Part shown: positions 51,465 to 64,000 of the stretch, piece after piece | How positions within the stretch are numbered: position 1 is the stretch's first letter | Layout: every line of letters begins with the position of its first letter | Assembly: GCA_951406725.2 (NCBI GenBank) | Contig: OX597820.1 | Coordinates: 71,920,001 to 71,984,000, forward strand | Origin: Octopus vulgaris | Taxonomy: Eukaryota | Direction of reading: 5' to 3' | Length of the DNA stretch: 64,000 nucleotides | The notes under the pieces: generated by a model | What the model saw: the letters and a program-made list of their open reading frames with translations, nothing else | Told to the model about the DNA's origin: nothing | Database searches by the model: none | Position numbers and translations under genes: made by a program

Positions 51465-52242
51465 ATCATCATCATCATCCTCATCATCATTTAACGTCCG
51501 CTTTCCATGCTAGCATGGGTTGGACGGTTCAACTGGGGTCTGGGGAGCCCGAAGGCTGCACCAGGCCAGTCAGATCTGGCAGTGTTTCTACAGCTGGATG
51601 CCCTTCCTAACGCCAACCACTCCGAGAGTGTAGTGGGTGATTTTATGTGCCACCGACATAGGTGCCAGACGAGGCTAGCGAATGGCCATGCTCGGATGGT
51701 GTTTTTTTTGTGCCACCGACACAGGTGCCAGATGAGGCTGGCGAACGGCCACGATCGGATGGTGTTTGTTACGTGCCCACAGCACGGAGGCCAGTCAATG
51801 CGGTACTGGCTACGGCCACGTTCGGATGATTTTCTTGTGTGCCACCGGCACTGGTACCACAAAGATACAAATTCCATTGATGTTCATCTATTTTGATTTG
51901 ATTTTCACTTGCCTCAACAGGTCTTCACAAGTGTCACAAGAAGGAAGGTATGCACAGGTGGACTGACTACGTCCCAGGTAGGGCCCACGGGTTATGGCCT
52001 GACTAGTCTTGCCGGGTCTTCGGATGGTGTTTTTATGTGCCACCGACACAGGTGCCAGATGAGGCTGGCGAACGGCCACGATCGGATGGTGTTTGTTACG
52101 TACCCACAGCACGAGGCCAGTCGATGCGATACTGGCTACGGCCACGTTCGGATGGTTTTCTTGTGTGTCACTGGCACTGGTACCACAAAGATACAAATTC
52201 CATTGATGTTCATCTATTTTGATTTGTTTTGATTTTGATTTT
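51465..52242 (-). mobile_element. RTE LINE 3' end with internal direct duplication
   Basis: (CAT)n tail at left; 51692-51900 is repeated at 52020-52226. Confidence 0.85.
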
Positions 52243-52257
52243 GAATATATGTATATA

Positions 52258-52292
<35 letters not shown>

Positions 52293-52295
<3 letters not shown>

Positions 52296-52935
52296 CGCAG
52301 GAGTGGCTGTGTGGTAAGTAGCTTGTTAACCAACTACATGGTTCCGGGTTCAGTCCCACTGCGTGGCATCTTGGGCAAGTGTCTTCTGCTATAGCCCCGG
52401 GCCGACCAATGCCTTGTGAGTGGATTTGGTAGACGGAAACTGAAAGAAGCCTGTCGTATATATGTATATATATATATAAGTGTGTGTGTATATGTTTGTG
52501 TGTCTGTGTTTGTCCCCCTAGCATTGCTTGACAACCGATGCTGGTGTGTTTACGTCCCCGTCACCTAGTGGTTCAGCCAAAGAGACCGATAGAATAAGTA
52601 CTGGGCTTACAAAGAATAAGTCCTGGGGTCGATTTGCTCGACTAAAGGCAGTGCTCCAGCATGGCCGCAGTCAAATGACTGAAACAAGTAAAAGAGTAAA
52701 AAGAGAGTAAAGAGTATGTGTGTGTCTGTGTTCGTCCCCCTAGCATTGCTTGACAACCGATGCTGGTGTGTTTATGTCCCCGTTACTTAGCGGTTCAGCA
52801 AAAAGAGACCGATAGAATAAGTACTGGGCTTACAAAAGAATAAGTCCCGGGGTCGAGTTGCTTGATTAAAAAGTCGGTGCTCCAGCATGGCCGCAGTCAA
52901 ATGACTGAAACAAGTAAAAGAGTAAGAGTAAAGAG
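52293..52935 (+). mobile_element. Young SINE family A with tandemly duplicated 3' half
   Basis: Full copy at 52293-52715 followed by a second 3' half at 52716-52935. Confidence 0.9.
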
Positions 52936-53083
52936 TAAATGTTTGTGTGTGTGTGTGTATTTATATATAAATAGAAGGCAGTGCAGCCTTCTAGCTTGCC
53001 AGCCCTCAGTCAAACCGTCTGACCCACACCAGCATGGAAAGCAGACGTTAAACGATGATAATGATGATGATGATATATATATA

Positions 53084-53130
<47 letters not shown>

Positions 53131-53621
53131 GTATGTATATGTATATATATATATATATATATATCATCGCCATCAGTGTTGTCATCATCATCACCACTAC
53201 CACCACCACCACCACCATTTATCATCCATGTTAAATGCTGGCATGGGTTGGACAGTTTAATGACAAAGATTCAGTGAGTGAAGAACTCCAGTGTCTACTT
53301 AGGCATTGTTTCAACAGCTGATGCCCTTCCAAATGCCAGCCACTTTACTGTGTTTTTCATGTCACTGACACTATTGAGGCCACTGAAGGCAATGAGCTCA
53401 AAAGCAAGATAACACAAATGGGATAAGTTTTAACAAATGTATTAACTGCTTGAAAAGAAGGGAAATAATTTCAGCATAATAGGTTCTAATCTTTCATCAG
53501 AAGAAAGAGAGAATAGAAGATATAAAAGATTGATAAAAAGAGAGGAGGAAGAGGAGTGGTAACCATGAGATATTAGGTGCAGTGTAAGGAGAGGTTCATG
53601 TAAGCGTAAGACACATATATA

Positions 53622-54872
53622 CAGGGGTTGGACAAAATAATGGAAACACCTTAAAATTTCAAAGAAATTTATTTTAATAAGGAGTAGGACCACCTTTGGC
53701 AGTAATTACAGCTTGAATTCTATGAGGTATGGATTCGTACAAACTTTGAATTGTTTCCCAAGGAATTTTTGTCCATTCTTCAGCTAAAACAGTCTCCAGT
53801 TCTTGTAGTGATGATGGGGGATATCGCCTCCATGCTTGTTTTTCTAAAATGCACCATAAATGTTCGATAATATTGAGATCTGGGGACTGTGGTGGCCAGA
53901 TAAAATGTTCAACTTCACTAGACTGTTCCTCGTACCATTCAGTAACAACTTTAGTTGTGTGAATTGGTGCATTATAATCCTGAAAGATTGTGTTTCCCTC
54001 TGGAAACAGTTCTGCAACCATGGGATGAATTTTATCAGATAAAATGCTTAAATAGTCTTGACTATTAATTCTGCCATGAAGGAAAACCATTGGGCCAGCG
54101 AATTTCCAAGATATAGCCTCTCACCAGATCCTCCTCCATGTTTAACAGCTGGAAGAAAGCAGTCTGGGTCAAATGCTTCTTTTGGCTGCCTCCACACATA
54201 TACTCGGCCGGTGGTTGGAAATAAGGTAAAGGATGACTCGTCCAAGAAAATAGCATTCTTCCACTGCTCTAGGGACGAATTCTGTAGGTTTTTACTATAC
54301 TCTAAATGCTTTGCAACATTTGTTTTTGAAAGTAGTGGTTTTCTGATTGAAGCCTTCCTATGAAATCTGGCTTTGTGCAGTTCCCAGCAAACAGTTTTTG
54401 TGGAAACTGGGGTCATTAAACACTGCAGTAATTTTGGGAGCAGTACTGTTGTGATCCTTTCTAACAATCTGCGTAAGAATCTGACGGTCCCTATCTGAAA
54501 GTTTGGGTTTTCTTCTGGAGTTTTGTTTTGACGGGGATGTTTTTCCCTCTTTCTCAAAGGCTGTCCTTATTTTTGAGACAGTACTTCTTGATACACCAAA
54601 CATTTTGGCTGTTTTCATTATGCTAGCACTTGCCATATGAGCACCAACAATTGGACCTCTCTGAAAGTCCAAAAGATCTGTCATTTTAATGAATTTTAAT
54701 TCCTTTTTCTGATGATATCTGAAAAGAAACAGCAATTTTAGCAAAACGTATTAAGCAACACTAATAATAAATCAAAAACAATAAAAATAAACCAGCTTTT
54801 GATGGTTTTACTGATATTTCAAAATTATGGTGCTATGATGCTAGGTGTTTCCATTACTTTCTCCAACCCCTG
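53622..54872 (-). mobile_element. Full-length Tc1-like transposon (1251 bp), frameshifted transposase, apparent DD36E spacing
   Basis: 30-bp TIRs CAGGGGTTGGACAAAATAATGGAAACACCT (28/30 match), TA on the left; MTDLLDFQRGPIVGA.., IFLDESSF, FQDYNAPIH, WPPQSPDLNIIEHLW, AKGGPTPY* spread over three frames. Confidence 0.92.
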
Positions 54873-55065
54873 TTTGTGAAGAAGGCAATGAGCACAAAAA
54901 AGAAGACTTTTGGGGGTCAGGCCATCAGCAACTAAACTGGCAACACCACCAAGCCAGCTTGGTGAGTAGGAGGGTTTGGGACATGCTGCAGGATGAAAAA
55001 CAAGACCTGTCAAAGGACAGATTAACTCAAAAGAGTAAACACCCATTCAATTGCATGATATACAC

Positions 55066-55102
<37 letters not shown>

Positions 55103-55390
55103 TGTGTGAAAACATATAAATTTCTGGTACCCAGGTACACATCTGGCCTACTCCAGTTGGGTTGAACATTAAGCTATAGTGAAAGCAACTAACCCAGAAG
55201 ATGGAGAACTTTAATAGATAATGTGAGGTATGTTGTTCATTGAGTTTATGGAAAACATTTGCACTAACCTTCTGCCATCATCATTTCCAGAAAGTGTGGC
55301 CTCACTCCTGGGAATAAATCATCTGTGTGAGTAGTTTAAACAGCTGTGGCTGTTGCACCCTCAGACATTGAGGTTAATGGGAGAATTTAC

Positions 55391-55424
<34 letters not shown>

Positions 55425-56688
55425 TTAACATCTGTTTTCCATACTCGCACGGGTTGGGTAGTTTGACAAGAACTGACAAGCTGGAAAGCTATACCAGGCT
55501 CCAATTGTCTGTTTTGGCATGTTTCCTACAGCTGAGTTCCCTTCCTAATGCCAACCCCTTTATGGAGTATACTGGGTGCTTCTTACTTGGCACTAGCACA
55601 ATTTTTGTTTTTTACATGGTACTGGCACAAGTGTTTTTTATGTGGCATGGCTTCCACACAATTGTTGTCTACCAAATTAACTCGCAAGACATTGATTGGT
55701 TGATTAATCTGAGACTATGGTAAAAAGGTATTTTCCCAAGATGTAATGCAGAGAAATCAAATCTGAAACCTTGTGGTTGCATTGTGAAATTCATCATCAT
55801 CATCATCACCATTTAACATCCATTGGCCATGCTAGCAAGGGTTGGATGGTTTGACCATGGCTGGTAAGATGAGGGACTGCACCAGACTCCAGTCTGATTT
55901 GGCATGGTTTCTATGGCTGGATACCCTTTCTAATGCCTACAAATCTATACCTGAACCCAGGTCTGTGGTATGTTGTATCTTCATTTGGAAAGTGTTCACA
56001 ACTGTTTGCTTGAATGTATACACTGTAGAATTGATGCTGGCAATCATGATTCTTAAACTGTGAATTGTAATTCTGTCACTAAGCAGATAAGGTTTCTCTG
56101 GAGATTCTTGAAATTTGTGAAAGTGCTTTTGTTTTGTTCACTGATGTGTTATGATAATGTTGGACAGGTGGCCAGGAGAAAGGTGGTGCTTAAACTTTCA
56201 TAGAGTTTCAAGTATTTAGTGCAGAAAGTAATGTCTTCAGAATTCTATAAGTTACCGATTTCATGCTGAGTCATCACATTTAAATTTCTTCTGCATATCA
56301 TGTTAACCTGCAGGTTTCTGTTTGTCAAAACTTCATATTGTAACTGTGTTTATTTTGTGAAATATTACAGGATTATTCAGAAGTTTTTTTAATATCTCAA
56401 TAAGTAATTTTTATCTTTTACTTGGGTCAGTCATTGTACTGTGGCCATGCTGGAGCACTGCCTTCAAGGGCATAGTGGAATAAATTGAGCTGACTACTTA
56501 TTTTTAAAGTCCGGTACTCACTCTATTGGTCTTTTTTGCCAAACTACTAGGTTACAGGAATGTAAACAAACCAGCACAAGTTGACAAGCAGCAAGTGGGG
56601 TGGGAACAAACACAACAGACACACACACATACGTGTGAGTTTGTGTGCACGTGTGTGTGTGCGTGTGTGGATATATATATTTATATGT

Positions 56689-56850
56689 ACAGGAGTCACT
56701 GTGTGGTAAGTAGCTTGCTTACCAACCACATGGTTCCGGGTTCAGTCCCACAGCGTGGCACCTTGGGAAAGTGTCTTCTACTATAGCCCCAGGCCAACCA
56801 AAGCCTTTTGAGTGGATTTGGTAGACGGAAACTGAAAGAAGCTTGTCATA

Positions 56851-56903
<53 letters not shown>

Positions 56904-57107
56904 TTGTGTGTCTGTGTTTGTCCCCCCCCAACATCGCTTGACAACCAATGCTGGTGTATTTACATCCCTGTAACTTAGCAGTTCGGCAAAAGAGACCGAT
57001 AGAATAAGTATTCAACTTACAAAGACTAAGTCCTGGGATCGCTTTCCTCGACTAAAGGTGGTGCTCCAGCATGGCTGCAGTCAAATGACTGAAACAAGTA
57101 AAAGAGT
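56689..57107 (+). mobile_element. SINE family A
   Basis: Colinear with 501-886. Confidence 0.88.
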
Positions 57108-57147
57108 GTATAAACATAGAGTACTCCATCCAGTGAGAGATAAATAG

Positions 57148-57341
57148 CATTTAATTTACACTGTATTAAGATAAGTGCTGCTATGTGTTTCTTGCCATTG
57201 AGACACTTGGCTAGACAGATTTTTATAATGTGCCTTGTGCCTCCAAGTAATCTTGGGCTTTGGGCAGATGGTGCTTAACCATGTGTCTCAATGGCAAGAA
57301 ACTGTTTGTATCTTTTATTTTAATACAGTGTACATTAAATG
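57148..57341. repeat. Imperfect bipartite fold-back (MITE-like)
   Basis: Outer arms CATTTAATTTACACTGTATTAA / TTAATACAGTGTACATTAAATG; inner arms GTTTCTTGCCATTGAGACAC / GTGTCTCAATGGCAAGAAAC. Confidence 0.75.
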
Positions 57342-58309
57342 ATTTGTGTGTGTGTTTGTTTGTGTATATGTGTGTGTGTGTGTGTATGACATTCTTCCCT
57401 ACAGTTTCCATCAACTAAATTCACTCACAATGCATTGGGTTAGCCTGGAGCTACAGCAGAAGACACTTGTTCAAATTACAATGTGGTGTGGCTGAATCCC
57501 AATCTGTACGGCTACAAACTGAACATCTTAACCATACAGTCATGCTTACAATTTTGATTTTATATATATTTCCAACACTGCTGCTGCTATTTTGCTTAAA
57601 ACATTTTTCGATACATATATAGTGTTTTATATATTTTAGAAAACTGTTGTAGTCAAAAGATGAAAGACTATTCATTGCCCTAAAAATGACACGCTATAAT
57701 GGTACTTATTGTCTGAGCATACCTAGTTTGATTACTCAGGTTGATCCAGGCATCTGGTTACTTGAACAGTAGAGCAGTAGCTCAACTATTCTGAAATCCT
57801 TAAGCTGTGGTAATTAACAGGGAGAAATAGAGAATTGGATAGAGAATTAATTAATGCAGTTGGGACATTAGTGGAGGCTGTGATGAAAGGGTGGGAGTTG
57901 TGGGAGGAAAGAGGACAAGATGTACATCAAAGAACTCAACAGATCTTGGCTATCATTGAGTTTATATTAATGCTACAAGGATTTTTTTTTTAATGACACT
58001 ATATTTAGGGCTCTTTTTCTCATATAATTCATCATTTTCAGCATGTAGTTACATGATATTTGTTTGTGTAATGCTTCCTTAGCCAGGTGGAGTAGAGAGA
58101 GGGTTAGAATAAAGCCTTTTGTTAAGTCATGTTTAACTGGATGATTAGAAAATCTAAACAACTTAATGCTTCATTTTTATTTTGCCGTGGTTTTATTTGA
58201 TTAGAACAGAATGAGGCTGTGATACATTTCCTTAAGTAAGGGAAGAATCAAGTTTAACTGAATTGCAGACATCTTCAAAATTGCAGTATTAAAATATTTA
58301 CATGCACAA

Positions 58310-58363
<54 letters not shown>

Positions 58364-58807
58364 ACACACACACACACACACCTGTTAATTATTTAGAAGT
58401 TGTCAAATCTATGCCAAAAATTGATGTATAAACATGTCTGAAGAAAATTAGAAAAATGAAAATCAAGTTTTGAGCATCAATGTTTAACACTTGGAATGTA
58501 GATATTTTGGTGAGTTGGTATGCAATAAAAATATGCTTCAGAAACATGACGCACTTGACAAAAATCTTTAAAAAAAGATAATTATAATTGCCTTTACAAA
58601 ACATGTTTGAAGAAAGCTGCACTGCATTTATTTATGCATCTGCATGCACTCACACACATATACACATATCGTCCAGATAGAGCACCATTGAAGTTTCAAT
58701 GTCAAGTGGAGTATGTAGATCAATAATTCTTAACCAGTTGTGCTCGTTACCACCTTCAGCAACATCTGAATTTTAAAACAGTCTGATACAATTCCCCACA
58801 CCCATCT

Positions 58808-58838
<31 letters not shown>

Positions 58839-59913
58839 AACTACTTAATTGCCTCAAAAACCATCCCCTGAATACAAGCAAGCCAGCCACTGCACAGCAT
58901 GAAAAATTAAAATTCTTCCACAGCAAAGAAAGCAATATCTACTACAACTTCACAAAGTGAAAGCAGCATGTTGTTATCAAAGATTACCATAATGAGCTTC
59001 TTTATTTATCAAATTTTCAGTGAGAAAACTAATTAAACTGATTAAATATTATTAAAGATTAAAATTTTATTGACCAGAAACTTCATTTTTATATTGGTTT
59101 TACTCTCACAGTAAAATTAATGTCATTATCAACTAAATTAGAAGGTAATAAATTTTTAAAATCTGTAACAGGATAAAAGTAAATAATCTTTATCAAGAAG
59201 ATTAATCTAATTTAAAAGTGACTATTTATTTAAGGTAGCTTGTATAAACCTAATTATAAATTTAGTTTCTTAATTGGCAGACCTTAACAATCAAAGCATA
59301 AGAAGTGAAAAGTTATTTTGTTTTTATTTGAACACTTTTGTTTGCTATCGCTCCTTATTGTAATCTGATAAGCTTAAAATCTAATTTTTTTTTTCATTCA
59401 TGTCTTTAGATTTCACATTGATAATGAATGATATTGATTACAATAAATGTCATTGAACTTTCATTAAAAAAGAATAAGTAACAGTCAAGGTGAAATAAAT
59501 GTTTCTATAAGTATTGGTTTGATGTTTCAACACCAGCACCATAACAAAACTTAGATGTTTTTCCAAAGTATAACAGTGAAAAATGCCTTGCGTAATATAA
59601 TATAATGAAAGCATTAAAGAATGAAAAAGTTGAATAATTGTAGTCTTGTGACTCTGTTTATTTCCAAGTAATTAAAAACGTTTATTTTATAAATGTTGAC
59701 CTTTTACACACACCCCATAATCATTTTGATTATACAATGTAAATGATTATTTATACTCGAATTGATATAGAAAAAACATTCCTCAATATAATATTCCATA
59801 TAGCATTAAGTTGAAGTGAAGAGTTTTTTCTTGTGCTAGTCTTTCATTAAGCATAAAAGTATTTTATGCAAATATTGAAGTTATGGTTAGTGCTATGGAA
59901 AGACATGAAAATG

Positions 59914-60577
59914 GAAAGTGTCATCAATACTCCAAGTAAATATTTGAAATATTGAGTTATTTTCATCCATTAATAACGAAGTTACTTAATGTGTTTATTA
60001 TATGAAAATGACTTCAAGAATGATTGATCATTTTAAAACAAAGCTTCTGGATAAAGTACTTCCATGATTTAAATTTTCCATGTTGATCCTATAATAGTCA
60101 ACTAGAAAAAAATTACATGTAGCACATAAATTTCTAAATTAGTCCCTGAATTTGGAATATGTCATACAACTGGTGACACTTTTATTTCTACCAGCTATAT
60201 ATGAAGTTATAAATACTATAATGAGATTTGCTAAAAATAAAATACCCTAAATAATTCTTCTCAGCAGTAGTTCAGTGTCAATAAGAAATGGCAGCTGACA
60301 TAAAAACATAATGACTTTGTAGTGATTTGCAGATTACAAAGTTTTCCTTACAACTCAATGAGACAACTTTACATTACACTAAATCTTTGTCATTGACCTT
60401 TGGACATTATTCAAACACTAATCAAGGAGTTATAGATGTGTTCCTATTTGCAAAACAACTGGAAACTGACACAAAAGTCCTACAACTTATAGAGCAGCTA
60501 TAATGGTAAAAATATTCTTCTTACAAATGTTATTGCATGTGCAGCTGATGGAACATCTACTAAATTTGGTTGCCATT
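59914..60577 (+). pseudogene. Decayed hAT (Buster/Charlie, ZBED5/8-like) transposase
   Basis: Frameshifted remnants KCHQYS..YLKY..MCLL, ISKLVPEFGICHTTGD, EMAADI, LQITKFSLQLNETTL, FLFAKQLETDTK, KNILLTNVIACAADGT. Confidence 0.75.
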
Positions 60578-61152
60578 ATTCTGCTGAGGTCGACTTTGCC
60601 TTTCATCCTTATAGGGTCAATAAAATATGTACCAGTTGTATACTAGGGATGAGCTAATTGACTGGCCCCTTTCCCCAAAATTTCGGGCCTTGCTCCTAGA
60701 GTAGAAAGGAATATTTTTAAGGTGGTGAGCAGGCAGAATTGTTAGCATACTGGGAGAAATGCTTAGTGCTATTTCGTCTGTCACTACTTTCTGAGTTCAA
60801 ATTCCATCTAGATTGACTTTGCCTTTCATCCTTTCAGGGTTGATAAATTAAGTACCAGTGAAACACTGGGATCGATGTATTCGTCTAGTCCCCACTCAAC
60901 AAATTTGAGGCCTTGTGCTTATAGAAGATACGATTATTAAGGTGGCGAGCTGGCATAAATGTTAACAAACCAGGCGAAATGCTTAGCAGTATTTTATCTG
61001 TCTTTATATTCTGAGTTCAAATTTGGCTGAGATCGATTTGCCTTTCATCCTTCCAGGGTCAATAAATTAAGTACCAGTTGCATACTGGGGTCGATCTAAT
61101 CGACTGACCCCTCACCAAAAATTTCAGGCCTTGTGCCTAGAGTAGAAAAGTA
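60578..61152 (+). mobile_element. Head-to-tail array of three SINE family B copies
   Basis: Partial copy at 60578-60712; copies start at 60721 and 60941, each after ..TTAA. Confidence 0.85.
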
Positions 61153-61160
61153 TTGGTCGC

Positions 61161-62210
61161 CATCATCATCATCATCGTTTAACGTCCGTTTTCCATGCTA
61201 GCATGGGTTGGATGGTTCAACTGGGGTCTAGGAAGCCAGAAGGCTGCACCAGGCCCAGTCTGGTCAGGCAGTGTTTCTACAGCTGGATGCCCTTCCTAAC
61301 GCCAACCACTCCATGAGTGTAGTGGGTGCTTTTTACGTGCTACCTGCACAGGTGCCAGACGAGACTGGCAAACGGCCACGATCGGATGGTGCTTTTTACG
61401 TGCCGCTGGCACAGGGTTCAGACAAGGTTGGCAACGGCCACAATCGAATGGTGCTTTTTACATGCCACTGGCACAGAGGCCAGTTGGGGCGGCGCTGGCT
61501 ACGGCCACATTCGGATGGTTCTCTTACGTGCCACCGGCACTGGTATCACAGCTACAATTTCCATTGATGTTGATCGATTTCAATTTTGATTTTCATTTGC
61601 CTCAACAGGTCTTCACAAGTAGGGTTTGTGTCACAAGAAGGAAAGGTATGCATAAGTGGGCTGGCTATGTCCCAGGTAGAGGCCACAGGTTATGGTCTCA
61701 CTTGTCCTGCCGGGTCTTCCCACGCACAGCATACTTCCAAAGGTCTCCGTCTCTGGTCATTTCCTTGGTGAGACCTAAATTTCGAAGGTCGTGCTTCACC
61801 ACCTCGTCCCAGGTTTTCCTGGGTCTACCTCTTCCACAGGTTCCCTCAACTGCTAGGGTATGGCACTTTTTCATACAACTATCTTCATCCATTCTCGCTA
61901 CATGACCATACCAGCGCAAACGTCTCTCTTGCACACCACAACTGATGCTTCTTAGGTCCAACTTTTCTCTCAAGGTACTTACACTCTGTCAAGTATGAAC
62001 ACTAACATTACACATCCATCGGAGCATACTGGCTTCATTTCTTGCGAGCTTATACATATCCTCAGCAGTCACAACTCATGTTTCACTGCCATGTAGCATG
62101 GTTGTTCGTACACATGCGTCATACAGTCTGCCTTTTACTCTGAGCGAGAAGCCTTTTGTCACCAGCAGAGGTAAGAGCTCTCTGAACTTTGCCCAGGCTA
62201 TTCTTACTCT
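61161..62210 (-). mobile_element. 5'-truncated RTE-clade LINE (ORF C-terminus, repeat-containing 3' UTR, (GAT)n tail)
   Basis: RVRIAWAKFRELLPLL..KGRLYDACVRTTMLHGSET..RRLRWYGHVARM..GRGRPRKTW; ORF ends at 61698; in-frame stops upstream. Confidence 0.92.
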
Positions 62211-62389
62211 TAGCCTGGGCAAAGTTCAGAGAGCTCTTACCTCTGCTGGTGACAAAAGGCTTCTCGCTCAGAGTAAAAGGCAGACTGTATGACGCATGTG
62301 TATGAACAACCATGCTACATGGCAGTGAAACATGGGTTGTGACTGCTGAGGATATGTATAAGCTCGCAAGAAATGAAGCCAGTATGCTC
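62022..62389. repeat. 179-bp near-perfect inverted duplication with 10-nt spacer
   Basis: 62022-62200 versus the reverse complement of 62211-62389; two mismatches seen. Confidence 0.95.
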
Positions 62390-63029
62390 AAGCACGTTTA
62401 AATGAAGCAGCTTCAGATATCTTTATGGTTCCCTATATTAGTCATTAACAACACTTAGCTGCAAAACATCTCAGCAAAACATCTCATAAAAATTTATGCA
62501 ATGATATTAAAGCAGTGGATACCTGCATTTATTATACACTGGTCTATTCAGGCTAGTGCCCTCATTTTGGTCTTTAAAGTCACAACATCTCAACCATTGT
62601 AACCTCTATCCTTCTTCAAATGCCTGTTGTATTTGGTAACATCCTCAGAATATCAAAATAAATTCTTTATTGAACCCATGTCAGTAGATTCTTCTCATTG
62701 AGGACCAGGCAAATTTTCCTATCATTTATTGTCCCATTTGTGGTAATGTTTCCTTGTTCTGCTTGAACTAGTGTATATATAATTTGACTGGCCCAGGTGT
62801 TGAACTTATACCCACAAACTAAATTATACACTTAACCTTTGACACATAATCAATACTTATATTCACTATTCCATTGTTCTGTAGGACAATAAGATAATCA
62901 TTATTAGAAGCGTTTAATGTAACTTTTTATTGCCATAGACATAATTAGTTAATCCTTAATTAAAAGCATTCATATGATGTTCTTTTCTAAGCTAGTCTTA
63001 CTGAGGAAAATATCAAAGTCTAGCATATT

Positions 63030-63490
63030 CTTTTATTCTTTTACTTGTTTCAGTCATTTGGCTGCAGCCATGCTGGAGTACCATCTTGAAGGGTTTCAGC
63101 TGAACGAATCAACCCTAGGACTTATTTTTTTAAGCTTAGTACTTATTCTATCTGTCCTTTTTGCTGAACTGCTAAGTTATAAGGATGTAAACATACCTAC
63201 AGTGGGTGTCAAGCTGTGGTGGGGGTGACAATCACAGACACAAGGACATACACACATAGTTATATACATACATATATGTATATAAATGTATATATATATA
63301 TGTGTCTGTATACATATATATATATGCACACACAATAGGCTTCTTTCAGTTTCTGTGTACCAAATCTGCTCACAAGACTTGGGTTAGCCCAAGGCTATAG
63401 CAGAAGACACATGCCCAAAGTGCCGCACAATGGGACTGAATAGAGAATTATATGATTGGGAAGCAAGCTTCTTACCACACAGCCATGCCC
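63030..63490 (-). mobile_element. SINE family A
   Basis: Reverse complement similarity to 501-886. Confidence 0.82.
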
Positions 63491-64000
63491 GTGTTGATTA
63501 TTTCAATCATCTTATCTTCCAGTGTATTGTTTCCCATCTATTATCTTGACTTTGTTTCATGAAGTTTAGCGATTCCCCTTTTCTATCTACAGATTATCAA
63601 GCATGCCAGAATTTTCTGTCTCAGTACAAATTACCCTTTTATGATGTTCTTCTAATCTTACTTAAAGGGGCAACTGGACCACCTTTATAATATCTACCAC
63701 TAAGATAAAATACCTACTGTTCTTAGTCACGATCTCTTCTGATGGAGGCCTTGCTGGAATACAGTCCTGATGTTGTATAAATCTCAAATCTTACTTAGAG
63801 GTATGTTGGGGAAATATTTGCTAATTATACTAAAGGAGTATTAGGTTATATCTGAAAGATGACATAAGCAAAAGAATTGAAAAACACTGATCTAGAGTAT
63901 GTTGTCCTGCCAGAGCACATTTTGTAGATCAAAACAGAATTAAAACTCAACCATGCAAACTGGTTAAATGCTCACCAGTTATAATGAACTTGCATTCATT

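Noticed and set aside
53458-53502. CTGATGA..GAAA strings (also near 31588, 35059 and 63740)
   Set aside because: No paired helix II or valid cleavage context; expected by chance in AT-rich DNA.
62420-62520. Possible decayed LINE RT motif (IYANDIK-like)
   Set aside because: A single weak motif requiring frameshifts; not supportable by eye.

Overview
AT-rich, repeat-saturated eukaryotic DNA. The SINE/LINE repertoire and the (TA)n/(CA)n/(GAT)n microsatellites fit an octopus (coleoid cephalopod) genome best; this is recognition from memory, not a database result. The only host-gene exon I can support is a 112-nt internal exon at 2920-3031 (+) that aligns without gaps to the penultimate coding segment of SPO11. 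I found no terminal SPO11 exon downstream, so most of the window is probably one very large intron. Nearly all listed ORFs are microsatellite or SINE noise. Mobile DNA present: a 5'-truncated CR1/L2-type LINE with an open RT frame, many RTE-clade LINE 3' fragments, at least four SINE families, mariner, maT (DD37D) and Tc1 (apparent DD36E) transposons, hAT, pogo-like and TTAA MITEs, and decayed Gypsy, Penelope-like and hAT coding fossils. The most interesting signal is at ~45205-46660. A ~466-bp unit carrying a minimal type-I hammerhead ribozyme motif is arranged as tandem plus inverted copies between (TA)n tracts, and one copy starts 7 nt from the predicted cleavage site. This resembles a retrozyme or Penelope-derived non-autonomous element. 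Several long fold-backs are also present. All alignments were done by eye and boundaries of old repeats are approximate.
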